IMG/VR virus record: IMGVR_UViG_3300037391_000121
Direction: 5' to 3' (one strand)
DNA: 64,000 bases
Origin: a virus
Lineage: Duplodnaviria; Heunggongvirae; Uroviricota; Caudoviricetes
Shown here: one piece after another, positions 53,940 to 63,198 of the stretch
Layout: each line of letters opens with the position of its first letter
Position numbering within the stretch: the stretch's first letter is position 1
Made by a program: the position numbers and the translations under genes
The notes under the pieces: generated by a model
The model's database searches: none
What the model was told of the DNA's origin: nothing
Seen by the model: the letters and a program-made list of their open reading frames with translations, nothing else

Positions 53940-54130
53940 TGGACAACGATTGGAATCCCAAACATTTTGACGAGTGGGGCAACGAGTACGAACTCGATGA
54001 GAACGGTGCTCGGCGACCACCAGTGCAAGTTGAACCTCAAAAGTCCAGCGGCTTTACTCACTACGATACTAGCCAAGGCCACTGCGGGATGTGCGGTAGG
54101 TTGACCTGCAACGGGAGTTGTTTCAAATGA
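53939..54130 (+). CDS. small Cys-containing protein, 63 aa
   Basis: HCGMCGRLTCNGSC. Confidence 0.35.
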   Translation: MDNDWNPKHFDEWGNEYELDENGARRPPVQVEPQKSSGFTHYDTSQGHCGMCGRLTCNGSCFK

Positions 54131-54384
54131 AGAAAGCGAAACTACACGATCAAGAGTGGCGGGATTTTCAGCTTGTGGCTGAGCCCGATGGCGACCCTGA
54201 AAAGTTCAAGGAAAGACTCAAACACAATTGGGTTCCTGTCAATACGCTGCTGACAAGCTTTCCTACGTACCCTAATTACCCCGTATGTAGGATATGCGGC
54301 ATCGTTCAACGGGCGGATGGGTTGAACAAGGACAAGGAGTGCAAAGGGCCTGTAAAGATTACGTTGAGAAATGCCACGATTTGA
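54118..54384 (+). CDS. hypothetical protein, 88 aa
   Basis: ORF. Confidence 0.4.
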   Translation: MFQMKKAKLHDQEWRDFQLVAEPDGDPEKFKERLKHNWVPVNTLLTSFPTYPNYPVCRICGIVQRADGLNKDKECKGPVKITLRNATI

Positions 54385-54399
54385 GGTAAAATTGACGGT

Positions 54400-54600
54400 A
54401 TGACCACACTGTGCACAAAATGCGGCAAGCTCAACGGGATGACCGACCGCGAGGAAGTTTTTTGCGATTGTCCCGCTGTCCCTCAGACCATGGTGAACGA
54501 CATCTATCAAGCGGTGCTGAATAACGGGACGAAAAACGATTCCACGGATTGGATCGGCGTTGCAGTCGATCTGGTCAAGAAGGGGTACAAAAAGTCATGA
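54400..54600 (+). CDS. small Cys-containing protein, 66 aa
   Basis: CTKCGKLNG..CDCP. Confidence 0.35.
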   Translation: MTTLCTKCGKLNGMTDREEVFCDCPAVPQTMVNDIYQAVLNNGTKNDSTDWIGVAVDLVKKGYKKS

Positions 54601-54869
54601 AGAAACGCTATTCGTTCGTCGGCAAAAAGCACACACTCAAAATCGATGACGACATTCAGGTTTCTGCTGAGCAGTATGTGAAAGATCAACTCGCGATCCT
54701 GAAACGGTACAATGACAACCCCGAGCCAGATTTGACAGCCTCGGAGTATAGCGATCTCGTCTATGACGTTGCTCGGCACCCGCAGATGATCCGCAATCTG
54801 GAAGCTCAGATCAAACGGAAGCGGGAACGCGAGGCAAAGAAGGCCGCTCGTGAAGCTGTCGCCCGATGA
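54597..54869 (+). CDS. hypothetical protein
   Basis: Internal Met (MKKRYSF) with ATGA overlap. Confidence 0.4.
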   Translation: MKKRYSFVGKKHTLKIDDDIQVSAEQYVKDQLAILKRYNDNPEPDLTASEYSDLVYDVARHPQMIRNLEAQIKRKREREAKKAAREAVAR

Positions 54870-55152
54870 ACGTCGGCGTCGAGCCGCTTCGAAAGACCCT
54901 CGACAAATTGAACTCCCGCTCCCAGACGACTACAAGGCGGGGCTGATTTTCCCCACAAATCATCGCGAGGACGGGTTGACAAAGCAGGAGGAGAAAGTCC
55001 TCCGTATGACCGCTCGGCTGTGGAACGCCTACGCTAAACTCAAAGCGGTTCATCCCTCTGAAAAGGAAGAACTTCAGCTTTACATTCACCAGATTCAGTA
55101 CCTCGTGGCACGCCGCGTTGCGAAACGTCTAGACCCGCACATCTGGGCGTAG
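54850..55152 (+). CDS. hypothetical protein, 100 aa
   Basis: ORF. Confidence 0.4.
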   Translation: MKLSPDERRRRAASKDPRQIELPLPDDYKAGLIFPTNHREDGLTKQEEKVLRMTARLWNAYAKLKAVHPSEKEELQLYIHQIQYLVARRVAKRLDPHIWA

Positions 55153-55281
55153 TATACTTAAGACGCTATGCGTTTCATTAGTATGTGGATGAGACGGTGC
55201 CCTGACTGCAAACGGGATTTACAAAAACGCCATCTCGCCGAGATTTTGGTATGCGTGTGCGGTTGGGTGTGGGGAGCTTAA

Positions 55282-55977
55282 ATGTCCAATTGGTTTGATG
55301 CAGTTCCGATGACGCAGGTTGACCATCGCCTCTGGGTGGGTGGGTACATTCAGGCCGCTATGTTGGCGACCGATAATCCCAAGGGAATTACCGCCGTCCT
55401 GAACGTCAGCACCGAACCGCCTTACGCTCAGAACCCCCAAGTCATCTATCGGCACATCCCGTTCCACGATGGACAGGAAATTCCCCGCCGCCAATTTGCG
55501 GAGTGCCTCGGCTGGCTCAAGTTCATGTACGAGACGGGACACATCATTCTCATCCATTGTGCGGCTGGCATCTCCCGCTCGCCCACCATCACGGCGTCTT
55601 TCATGGACTACATCGGTATCGCGGACTTCGACACGGCATTGGATCGTATCCGCATGGCTCGCCCAATTGCCAGTCCCGCCCCTGCGGTATTGGTAAGCGC
55701 CAAGCAGATGTTGGGGGTTTGGCCCTACGATGGCAGCATGGGACAGATGCCCGAGCACGAGCGTACTATGCACGAAGTCATCGAGCAGGTGATGAGTAAG
55801 CGGGCGGCAGGTGCCCATCCCGACGAAAACTGCCCGATGAAGCAATTCTTGCTCACGCAAGATGTTGAAGACAACAGGCCCCGACATCTGATACAATGCA
55901 CTTGTGAGAAGCTTCTCGACCCATTGGAGGTTGCGAGGCTCGAAGACGGACAAATAGGTGGACTCTATGGCGATTGA
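55282..55977 (+). CDS. dual-specificity/tyrosine protein phosphatase-family enzyme
   Basis: CX5R active-site loop IHCAAGISRS. Confidence 0.6.
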   Translation: MSNWFDAVPMTQVDHRLWVGGYIQAAMLATDNPKGITAVLNVSTEPPYAQNPQVIYRHIPFHDGQEIPRRQFAECLGWLKFMYETGHIILIHCAAGISRSPTITASFMDYIGIADFDTALDRIRMARPIASPAPAVLVSAKQMLGVWPYDGSMGQMPEHERTMHEVIEQVMSKRAAGAHPDENCPMKQFLLTQDVEDNRPRHLIQCTCEKLLDPLEVARLEDGQIGGLYGD

Positions 55978-56623
55978 AGGACAGTTAATTCAGCAGATGG
56001 ATTTGAACGGCATCAGTGAGGCCAATCAGGAGCGCATCTTCGACTACCTGAAGGTTCTTAACGACAAAGACCCAGCTACCTGCCAGCATTCGATGCGGGT
56101 CGCCGTCCTAGCGGGCGCTATCGCTCGCACCGCCGCCATTCCCGGCATCACCCCCAAGGTGCTGCTCTGGGCGGGTGCACTGCACGACATCGGCAAAGTT
56201 GCCATCCCCCTCGAAACTCTCGCTAAAACTGCAAAATTCACCAAGAAAGACATGAAGGCGATGGAGCCTCACGTCATCCTCGGCTGGACGATGCTCGACA
56301 AGCTGCATGACTTCACCGCCGCCATCATCGTGCGGCACCACCAGTTCGGTCCCAAGCCATATCCCGCGAAGCTGCCAGCCCTCCCCGAGTGGTTGGAACC
56401 CAAGAAAGAGTTCATCGACGGGGCAGCCCGCCTGCTGGCTCTGGCGGACTACTACGACGCCCTGATGAACCGCAAGAACGACAAGAGCAAGAAGGGTAAG
56501 GGCAAGGCGAAGAAGGAACTTACGGGGTACGAAAAGCACCAGCAGTTCTATCAGGACAACGCCGACAAAGGCCGCTTGATTCAAACGCTGGAAGAGGTTG
56601 GCATCCTTAGGTTTCCTGAGTAA
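55958..56623 (+). CDS. HD-domain phosphohydrolase
   Basis: QHSMRVAVLAG (His), LWAGALHDIGK (HD), IIVRHHQFG. Confidence 0.55.
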   Translation: MDSMAIEGQLIQQMDLNGISEANQERIFDYLKVLNDKDPATCQHSMRVAVLAGAIARTAAIPGITPKVLLWAGALHDIGKVAIPLETLAKTAKFTKKDMKAMEPHVILGWTMLDKLHDFTAAIIVRHHQFGPKPYPAKLPALPEWLEPKKEFIDGAARLLALADYYDALMNRKNDKSKKGKGKAKKELTGYEKHQQFYQDNADKGRLIQTLEEVGILRFPE

Positions 56624-56658
56624 AACTGACTTTTTAGCCCATAGTAGAGGGCACGTTC

Positions 56659-57141
56659 ATGGGCAAGGTTGCGGCGACCGAGGTTAAAGCACCCGGTACA
56701 TACCAGAAGCACCTAAAATACACCATTTTTCTCGCCGGGGCTATCGACCAAGGCAGCGCCGAGGACTGGCAGAAGACGGTAGCCCGTGCCCTCGATGATC
56801 TCGATATCCTCGTTCTAAACCCCCGCCGTGACGATTGGGACGCCTCTTGGGAGCAGTGCGCGACCTGTGAGCCCTTCCGCAGCCAAGTGATGTGGGAGAT
56901 CACCGCCCAAGAAGATTCGGACATGAACATCTTCGTGTTCACCAAGGACTCCAAAGCCCCGATCACGTTCTTCGAGTTGGGAGCTTTCGGCACCCGCAAG
57001 GACGCCATGATCTGTGCGGAAGAGGGGTTCTACCGCCAAGCCAACCTCGACATCTACGCCGAGCATTTCAAGATTCCCATGTATCACGATCTGGACGAGT
57101 TGATCGCCGACCTACACACCGTGCTTGAGGGGAAAGCCTAA
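56659..57141 (+). CDS. nucleoside 2-deoxyribosyltransferase-like protein (tentative)
   Basis: TIFLAGAID N-terminal motif resembles the YFAGP fold signature; weak. Confidence 0.3.
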   Translation: MGKVAATEVKAPGTYQKHLKYTIFLAGAIDQGSAEDWQKTVARALDDLDILVLNPRRDDWDASWEQCATCEPFRSQVMWEITAQEDSDMNIFVFTKDSKAPITFFELGAFGTRKDAMICAEEGFYRQANLDIYAEHFKIPMYHDLDELIADLHTVLEGKA

Positions 57142-57324
57142 ATGGATCAGAAAGACTGCCCGCACAACACGGTGCATTTCGCTTCGGGCGACTACTACAT
57201 CTTCTGCACAGACTGCCACAAGTATTGGTGCTGCAACCCGAAAGGTGACGGTGCGTTAGAGGGGCAGGATTGGCCCTCGACCGCTTGCAAGGGCGGCGAG
57301 CGCGTAGCCAAGGAGCAGCCGTAA
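57142..57324 (+). CDS. small Cys-rich protein, 60 aa
   Basis: CPHNTVHF..CTDCHKYWCC. Confidence 0.35.
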   Translation: MDQKDCPHNTVHFASGDYYIFCTDCHKYWCCNPKGDGALEGQDWPSTACKGGERVAKEQP

Positions 57325-57689
57325 TGGGAGACGTATTTGTCCTGACAACCACCGTTGGGAACGAGCAGCGTCCTGTTGCCGTGGTGACCAGCGAACATGC
57401 AGCCGATCAGTGGGTTCAAAGCGGCAACGACAACGATTGGATTCCCTTCGCAGTCGATGATCTAAGCCTTACGGGTATGGCGGATAAGAGTGTCACACCG
57501 TTCAAACCGAAGCCCATGCCCAAAATCGATGATGTGCAAAAGATGCGGCGTGATACAATAGAATCGCTGAAGGAATCGAACGCGCAGCTTCAAAAGACAG
57601 TCGAGCAATTGATAGAGAAAATCCAACAGTTGCAAACCAAGAAACGGGGCTCGTTTGAGAACCCCCTGCTTCAAAAGGAAATCGAATGA
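57324..57689 (+). CDS. hypothetical protein with C-terminal coiled coil
   Basis: Internal Met (MGDVFV) of ORF 57270. Confidence 0.4.
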   Translation: MGDVFVLTTTVGNEQRPVAVVTSEHAADQWVQSGNDNDWIPFAVDDLSLTGMADKSVTPFKPKPMPKIDDVQKMRRDTIESLKESNAQLQKTVEQLIEKIQQLQTKKRGSFENPLLQKEIE

Positions 57690-58009
57690 TAACACTGACA
57701 CCAAAAGCAGTATTAAAAGTGAAAGAGATCATGGCGGCTCAAGACCCCGTGCCTTCGGCTTTACGGCTGGGCGTCAAAGGCGGCGGTTGCTCGGGCTTCT
57801 CGTACTCCATGCAGTTCGACAACGAGAAGGGCATGATGGACAAGTCGTTCGAGTTCGACGGCCTCACGCTGCTCGTTGACGCCACGTCTTTCATGTATCT
57901 CGACGGCGTAACCGTTGACTATTTGGAGACGCTCGAAGGCTCAGGTTTCAAGTTCGACAACCCGAACGTCAAGAGCACCTGCGGGTGCGGATCGAGTTTT
58001 AACGCATAA
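57686..58009 (+). CDS. iscA: A-type Fe-S cluster carrier (IscA/ErpA/HesB family)
   Basis: GGGCSGFSY and C-terminal STCGCGSSF signature cysteines. Confidence 0.65.
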   Translation: MITLTPKAVLKVKEIMAAQDPVPSALRLGVKGGGCSGFSYSMQFDNEKGMMDKSFEFDGLTLLVDATSFMYLDGVTVDYLETLEGSGFKFDNPNVKSTCGCGSSFNA

Positions 58010-58236
58010 TGGACAATCGCGAATTATTTGACGAGGTTGCAGGCACGTACAAGCGTGAAGTAATCACGTTCGACTGCAAACCAAAGCCGAAGCCGGGACG
58101 TAAGTCGGAACCATCACGGGGTTCGACGCGAGACGATCCGCCTGACTACAACAAACCGATCTACGACCGTGACGGCAATCAGATTGGCACAATTTACGAC
58201 GCCCCGCCTATGCCGGGGCCGAGTGGGTTATCATAA
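58009..58236 (+). CDS. hypothetical protein, 75 aa
   Basis: ORF. Confidence 0.4.
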   Translation: MDNRELFDEVAGTYKREVITFDCKPKPKPGRKSEPSRGSTRDDPPDYNKPIYDRDGNQIGTIYDAPPMPGPSGLS

Positions 58237-58427
58237 TGGGATACGGAATCATTGAACTGAAGTGCCCCAACGGGCATCTGTGGAACATCGAGTGGTGCAG
58301 TGTCGGCGGCTTCCGCCAAGGCCCGACTAAGTGTTCGATCTGCGGCGAGCAGGGACAGAACACGCAGCGAAACGTACTCGGTGAATTGATGAAAGAAACG
58401 GAAGCCCGAATCAAGAAGGAAGCATAA
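58236..58427 (+). CDS. small Cys-containing protein, 63 aa
   Basis: CPNGH..CSICGEQG. Confidence 0.35.
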   Translation: MGYGIIELKCPNGHLWNIEWCSVGGFRQGPTKCSICGEQGQNTQRNVLGELMKETEARIKKEA

Positions 58428-58646
58428 GTGGCGATCCTGTACCATCTAGACTGGGTTTCCTGCACACTCGGTTTGGTGGGGGTCTACTTCGTCGGGCGTA
58501 AGTTTTGGTGGGGTTGGCTGTTTCACGTAGCAAACCTGATCCCCCTGACGATCATCAACGCCCATTACAAGCTGTGGGGTTTTATGCCTATGAACGCTGT
58601 TTTGTTGGCGCTGTACATTAAGAGCATAAGGGACTGGCGAAAATGA
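58428..58646 (+). CDS. small membrane protein, 72 aa
   Basis: Two TM helices. Confidence 0.4.
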   Translation: MAILYHLDWVSCTLGLVGVYFVGRKFWWGWLFHVANLIPLTIINAHYKLWGFMPMNAVLLALYIKSIRDWRK

Positions 58647-58870
58647 GCATCGTTTGTTCGATCTGCGGCGAGGAATACTACAGCATGAATTGGGACAATG
58701 CTAATGTGACCTCCATGCAGGTAGCGTGGCGGAAACATTACTCCACACATTCGTGGCTACGGCGGAAATTGCAACGCCTGCTGGAGTTTCCAGACAGGAT
58801 GAGATTGAAGAGGTTTCAATGGCGTACTCGGAAAAAGTTCTCGACCATTACAACAACCCGCGAAACGTAG
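58643..58870 (+). CDS. hypothetical protein; its 3' end overlaps the iscU start by about 50 nt, so the true extent is uncertain
   Basis: ORF beginning CSICGEEYY. Confidence 0.25.
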   Translation: MSIVCSICGEEYYSMNWDNANVTSMQVAWRKHYSTHSWLRRKLQRLLEFPDRMRLKRFQWRTRKKFSTITTTRET

Positions 58871-59226
58871 GCTCGATGGACAAGAACAGTCCCGACGTAG
58901 GGACAGGCTTGGTCGGTGCGCCCGAGTGCGGCGACGTGATGAAGTTGCAGATCAAGGTCAACAAAGAGACGGGAGTAATCGAGGATGCTAAGTTCAAGAC
59001 TTTTGGTTGCGGTTCCGCTATTGCTTCTTCTAGCCTTGCTACTGAGTGGGTTAAGGGACGCACTATCGAACAGGCCCTCGCCATCGAGAACAAGGAAATA
59101 GTCAAGGAACTCAGCCTGCCGCCTGTTAAGATTCACTGTTCGGTTCTCGCTGAGGACGCCATTCGTGCGGCAATCGCCGACTGGAAAAAGAAGCAGGAGA
59201 AGGCAAATGACACAACCCCAGCGTAG
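58819..59226 (+). CDS. iscU: Fe-S cluster assembly scaffold IscU
   Basis: MAYSEKVLDHYNNPRNVG..GAPECGDVMKLQ..FKTFGCGSAIASSS..PPVKIHCSVLAEDAI; by recollection roughly three-quarters identical to E. coli IscU. GAAGAGG SD. Confidence 0.8.
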   Translation: MAYSEKVLDHYNNPRNVGSMDKNSPDVGTGLVGAPECGDVMKLQIKVNKETGVIEDAKFKTFGCGSAIASSSLATEWVKGRTIEQALAIENKEIVKELSLPPVKIHCSVLAEDAIRAAIADWKKKQEKANDTTPA

Positions 59227-59229
59227 TGT

Positions 59230-59628
59230 GTGGCTCGTCACAATCGCCATGTCGCTCATCTTGATGATGGTCGGAGTTATGACTTTCATAGCGGTGCACG
59301 CGAAATGAAACTGCTCCCAATCCTCGTCCTCTTTTTCGCCTCTTCCGCAATGGCGAAAGACTACAAGCTCGCCACGGTTCATCGCCACGACAAAGCTATC
59401 GTGATGGTGCTCCTGCCCGATTTTGTCGGCAGCATTCAGATGCTATGTGTGGGCGATCAAAAGACTATGGATTATCAGGGGCTCGATTGTTACCCCGCAA
59501 TCCACAAGGTGAAACTCCCCATCCTTGATGACGGCGTTGCCGAGACCGAGACAGTTTTGGATCGTGACGGTAAACCCCAACGATACACTTTTCCCGTCCG
59601 CGTAGGTATCCCAGAAAGCATGTTCTAA
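59230..59628 (+). CDS. secreted/periplasmic protein with signal peptide, 132 aa
   Basis: MKLLPILVLFFASSAMA then a soluble domain. Confidence 0.45.
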   Translation: MARHNRHVAHLDDGRSYDFHSGAREMKLLPILVLFFASSAMAKDYKLATVHRHDKAIVMVLLPDFVGSIQMLCVGDQKTMDYQGLDCYPAIHKVKLPILDDGVAETETVLDRDGKPQRYTFPVRVGIPESMF

Positions 59629-59774
59629 TGTATCTCAGCGTCATCTGGCTGTGCCTAGCTTTCATCCTCCTGCATGACCACCACCCCATAACCTCGCTCG
59701 CAGTCTTCAACGTCTTCCTGCTTCACCGCCTGTGGGAAGTAAAAAATCGCAAAAAACCTAGACAAAAATCTTAA
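59628..59774 (+). CDS. small membrane protein, 48 aa; not in the ORF track
   Basis: TAATG overlap; MYLSVIWLCLAFILLHDHHPITSLAVFNVFLLHRLWEVKNRKKPRQKS. Confidence 0.3.
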   Translation: MYLSVIWLCLAFILLHDHHPITSLAVFNVFLLHRLWEVKNRKKPRQKS

Positions 59775-59828
59775 ACTACGGTATCTCTATTGTAGACGGG
59801 CCACTGAGCCTGTCGGAAAAGAGATAAC

Positions 59829-60221
59829 TTGAACCCCAAAAATAAGAAGCAAACAACTCCCAAGGGGGAGTCTAAACCCCTCACGCTCAAAGACTACCAA
59901 GACTACTGTGACAAATACTTCCCTCGGAAGCGTTGTCCCCACCCCAACTGTCCTGAAAATGACAGGCCAGAGTTTCCCTATGAGAAGTGCACTCTCACCG
60001 AGCCCATCTGGATCAGCATCCCAGCGGGCGAACACATCCACATTTCATGTCCCGTGCACGCCGAGGGGCACATCCTTCGCGGCAACCCCATTTCATGGAA
60101 GAAGCCCAAGGTGACGTGGAGCGAGGAAGACTTCTGGAAGCTGACGGAGCCCAATTTCCCAAGGCGCGAGAACAATCTTCCTGATCCTGACTACAGCAAG
60201 ATCGGAAAGGTGTGGATGTAA
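59829..60221 (+). CDS. Cys/His-rich protein, paralog A
   Basis: CPHPNCPEND..IPAGEHIHISCPVHAEGHI. Confidence 0.45.
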   Translation: MNPKNKKQTTPKGESKPLTLKDYQDYCDKYFPRKRCPHPNCPENDRPEFPYEKCTLTEPIWISIPAGEHIHISCPVHAEGHILRGNPISWKKPKVTWSEEDFWKLTEPNFPRRENNLPDPDYSKIGKVWM

Positions 60222-60541
60222 TGCCAATGAGAAAAGTACCATCCCACTGCCCGCATTGCCCTGACGAGACCGTGTGGGAACCCGATCCGTCCTACGACAA
60301 CCCTAACTGCATCTGCAACAAGCCGATGATGATCTACATCCCAGCAGGTCAGCATATCCATTGCCCCGTGCATCCGGACTATCGGATTTTCGGGCAGGAC
60401 ATCCGCTGCGGTACGGGCGGCGGCAACGGTGGATGCGTGTATGAGCATGACTCCAGCAAGGACCTGACGTTCGACTCCACTCGACCATTTGGTACGGCGA
60501 CTGGCGACTCTATTCGCAACACGTACAAGGTAATTTGCTAA
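60212..60541 (+). CDS. Cys/His-rich protein, paralog B
   Basis: CPHCPDE..IPAGQHIHCPVHPDY; tandem paralog of the upstream gene. Confidence 0.45.
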   Translation: MDVMPMRKVPSHCPHCPDETVWEPDPSYDNPNCICNKPMMIYIPAGQHIHCPVHPDYRIFGQDIRCGTGGGNGGCVYEHDSSKDLTFDSTRPFGTATGDSIRNTYKVIC

Positions 60542-60561
60542 AAACGCGGTATTAAGGGGGT

Positions 60562-61017
60562 ATGGGAAAACAAATACCAAAGAAGCCCGTACCCCCAAGT
60601 TTCGTAGACGGTCTGATGTTTGACCCTCTCCTCTCTCGCGTCGTCCTCATCCGTAAACTCAGACCCGACTGGCAAGAGGGTCTGCTTAACTGCGTCGGCG
60701 GTAAAGTCGAGCCGGGTGAAGACCCCGAAATGGCGGTGATTCGTGAGTTCAGGGAAGAGACCGGAGTTTCCATTGGTGGGTGGAAACGATTTCTCGATCT
60801 GAAGCTCAAGCGAGACGACGGCATGTTGTACTGTTTCTACACCATTGGCAACGTGGACAAGGCTACGACCGAGCTTGATGAAACGGTCGGCGTCTACAAT
60901 GTACATGAAGTCATGGATCGCTGCGACACCATCCCCAATCTCCGTTGGTTGATCCAGATGGCTCGATCATTTGCGTTCGGCGAAACCACCGCAAAATTCC
61001 TCGCTCAGGAAACCTAA
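60562..61017 (+). CDS. Nudix hydrolase
   Basis: Nudix box GGKVEPGEDPEMAVIREFREETGV. Confidence 0.7.
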   Translation: MGKQIPKKPVPPSFVDGLMFDPLLSRVVLIRKLRPDWQEGLLNCVGGKVEPGEDPEMAVIREFREETGVSIGGWKRFLDLKLKRDDGMLYCFYTIGNVDKATTELDETVGVYNVHEVMDRCDTIPNLRWLIQMARSFAFGETTAKFLAQET

Positions 61018-61082
61018 ATTCCAGTATTAAGCAAGTATGCCCGCAACGGGCTAAATTCAAACGAGGAGGTTCCAAGAGCATC

Positions 61083-61634
61083 ATGGAACAGCAAAGTTTT
61101 CGCACCCAACTCGTCGAATGGTTGAAGGAAATAGTTCCCTACTCCCACATCGACAAATACACCCGCAAGACCCGCGAGGGTTTTGAGAGCAACGCTTTCA
61201 ACACAGATCGCCACGCCAATCACGTGACGTACATTTTCTGCACTGCGGAACACCGTTACAGCATTTCCGCAACCCCAACCTATCTCGGCTGCCAAGCTTC
61301 AGCGACTCGTGAACGCCCCGGAGAGACGTGGACTCGTGGCAACGATTTGCCTGACGGTAAGTTTTGCCGTGAGACGTGGGACGCCATCAAAGACCGCATC
61401 ATCTCCTACGAGATGGTGAAACTTGAGCCGATACATCTCGGAGGAGCGGTTCCCGATGGCCCACCAGCCACACCGCCGTCAGCCGAGGAAATCGCGTATT
61501 TCGAGGCTCGAAACAAAGTATTCAAAGCGCAACAGCGATTGGAACGGGCTGAGCGGCACATGAACGGGTTAGACAAGCTCGACCCCGAAATGCCGACGAC
61601 TCGTTCGGTTGCAATCGCAAACACAGAGGACTAA
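61083..61634 (+). CDS. hypothetical protein
   Basis: Internal Met (MEQQSF) of ORF 60945 after GAGGAGG. Confidence 0.4.
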   Translation: MEQQSFRTQLVEWLKEIVPYSHIDKYTRKTREGFESNAFNTDRHANHVTYIFCTAEHRYSISATPTYLGCQASATRERPGETWTRGNDLPDGKFCRETWDAIKDRIISYEMVKLEPIHLGGAVPDGPPATPPSAEEIAYFEARNKVFKAQQRLERAERHMNGLDKLDPEMPTTRSVAIANTED

Positions 61635-61647
61635 ACACAGAGGACTA

Positions 61648-62685
61648 ATGAAGATCGAAAGCAAGTTAATTCTCACCAGTAAAAACGCCGTCACTGGCGT
61701 CAATCTGTATACGTTCGTATTGACCTACCCGAGGATGATTCTCGCGGAGGTCAATACGCACCGTATGCTCAGCCGTAACGCCGCATCCTCGCGTGCCATA
61801 CCCGCCAAGAAGCAGCGCAAGCAGGTTCTCGCTGATCCTTTCGTGCCATCCTATGTGGGGCAGAACCAGAAGGGGATGCAAGCGGGCGAGGAACTGAAGG
61901 GGTGGAAGCGATTCGTCGTTGAGAATACGTGGAGAATCACTCGCTATCCCAACGTGCTCGCCTCATGGATACTGGACAAGATGGGGGCGCACAAGCAGGC
62001 GGCAAACCGCATCATCGAGCCGTGGACGTACACACAGCAGATCGTGACGTGTACGGACCTGAAGAACTTCTTCAAGCTCCGCAATCACCCCGACGCCGAG
62101 CCGCACTTCCAGATCATCGCCAAGCAAATGCAAGCGCAGGTTGAGTACGTGGAGAGGTTGTTCGAGACTGTCAACTTCGATTCCCGCAACCCAGACGGCA
62201 GTGCGTGTGCACTGGATAACGTAAATCCCAAACTGGGTGTGTACCGTGTGCAAATGCTTCGGCCCGGTTGGTGGGGCGCTGGAGAGCAAGACTGGCATCT
62301 GCCGTTCATCGATCAAAAGGACATCTGGCGGGTGGGTGGTCTTATAGCGCAGTACCAACACTGGGAGTGGCAGCAACGAATGGGAATACCGAGCTACTCT
62401 TCCGATCCCACACCGCCGATCTATATCGGTGTGGCGGCATGGGAGGCACTCAAGCAAATTTCTACGGCTCGCTGTGCTCGCGTGAGCTACCTCTTACCTG
62501 AGAATGGTGAGCGGTCGGACGCCAAGCGAGACATCGAACTCTGCGGTAGGCTCTCAGGATCGGGGCATTGGAGCCCGTTTGAGCACGTGGCTACCCCTGT
62601 TGAAACCGCTGATTACATTGGCAATTTCCGTTCTTGGAAGCAATACCGCAAAGAATTTTCGCAAGAAGATGGGGGAGACCGCTAA
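61648..62685 (+). CDS. thyX: ThyX-like flavin-dependent thymidylate synthase family protein
   Basis: NTHRMLSRNAASSRAIP fits the ThyX (R/T)HRxxSxxxxSxR spacing, with Thr replacing the first Arg. AGAGGA SD. 12-bp tandem duplication CACAGAGGACTA just upstream. Confidence 0.5.
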   Translation: MKIESKLILTSKNAVTGVNLYTFVLTYPRMILAEVNTHRMLSRNAASSRAIPAKKQRKQVLADPFVPSYVGQNQKGMQAGEELKGWKRFVVENTWRITRYPNVLASWILDKMGAHKQAANRIIEPWTYTQQIVTCTDLKNFFKLRNHPDAEPHFQIIAKQMQAQVEYVERLFETVNFDSRNPDGSACALDNVNPKLGVYRVQMLRPGWWGAGEQDWHLPFIDQKDIWRVGGLIAQYQHWEWQQRMGIPSYSSDPTPPIYIGVAAWEALKQISTARCARVSYLLPENGERSDAKRDIELCGRLSGSGHWSPFEHVATPVETADYIGNFRSWKQYRKEFSQEDGGDR

Positions 62686-62718
62686 AACCTCAGTATTGAT
62701 GGAATATAGGAGTTCACG

Positions 62719-63198
62719 ATGGCTAACAAATGGGATGCACACTACCTCAGGATGGCGCAGTTGGTCTCTTCCATGTCGAAAGACCCCTCAACTCAAACAG
62801 GGGCCGTCATCGTGCGACCCGACCGCTCCCTATGCTCCACGGGATTTAACGGCTTCCCGAAGAACATGCCAGATAAACCAGAGTGGTACGCGAACCGCGA
62901 AGAGAAGTATTCCCGCGTCGTCCACTGCGAAGTCAACGCGCTGGTCTTTGCCCGTGAGCCCGTGAACGGCTACATTCTCTACACTTGGCCGTTCGCCTCC
63001 TGCGACCGCTGCTGTGTGCAGATGCTTCAAGCAGGCATCACTCATTTCGTATTCCCCGAACCAACTGCTGACGCCCTCACTCGTTGGGCAGCCGCATTCG
63101 TCAAGACCAAGGACTACATCACCACATCAGGGGCAACATGGGAAGAGATTCCTTCGTCAGCGATTTTCCCATGCGTCCAAGCTGAGGTCGCAAAATAA
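62719..63198 (+). CDS. dCMP/cytidine deaminase-family zinc enzyme, copy 1
   Basis: HCEVNAL (HxE) and PFASCDRCC (PCxxC). Confidence 0.65.
   Translation: MANKWDAHYLRMAQLVSSMSKDPSTQTGAVIVRPDRSLCSTGFNGFPKNMPDKPEWYANREEKYSRVVHCEVNALVFAREPVNGYILYTWPFASCDRCCVQMLQAGITHFVFPEPTADALTRWAAAFVKTKDYITTSGATWEEIPSSAIFPCVQAEVAK

Noticed and set aside
60945-61082. N-terminal extension of ORF 60945..61634 overlapping the Nudix gene
   Set aside because: It overlaps the upstream gene by 70 nt. An internal Met at 61083 preceded by GAGGAGG is the more plausible start.
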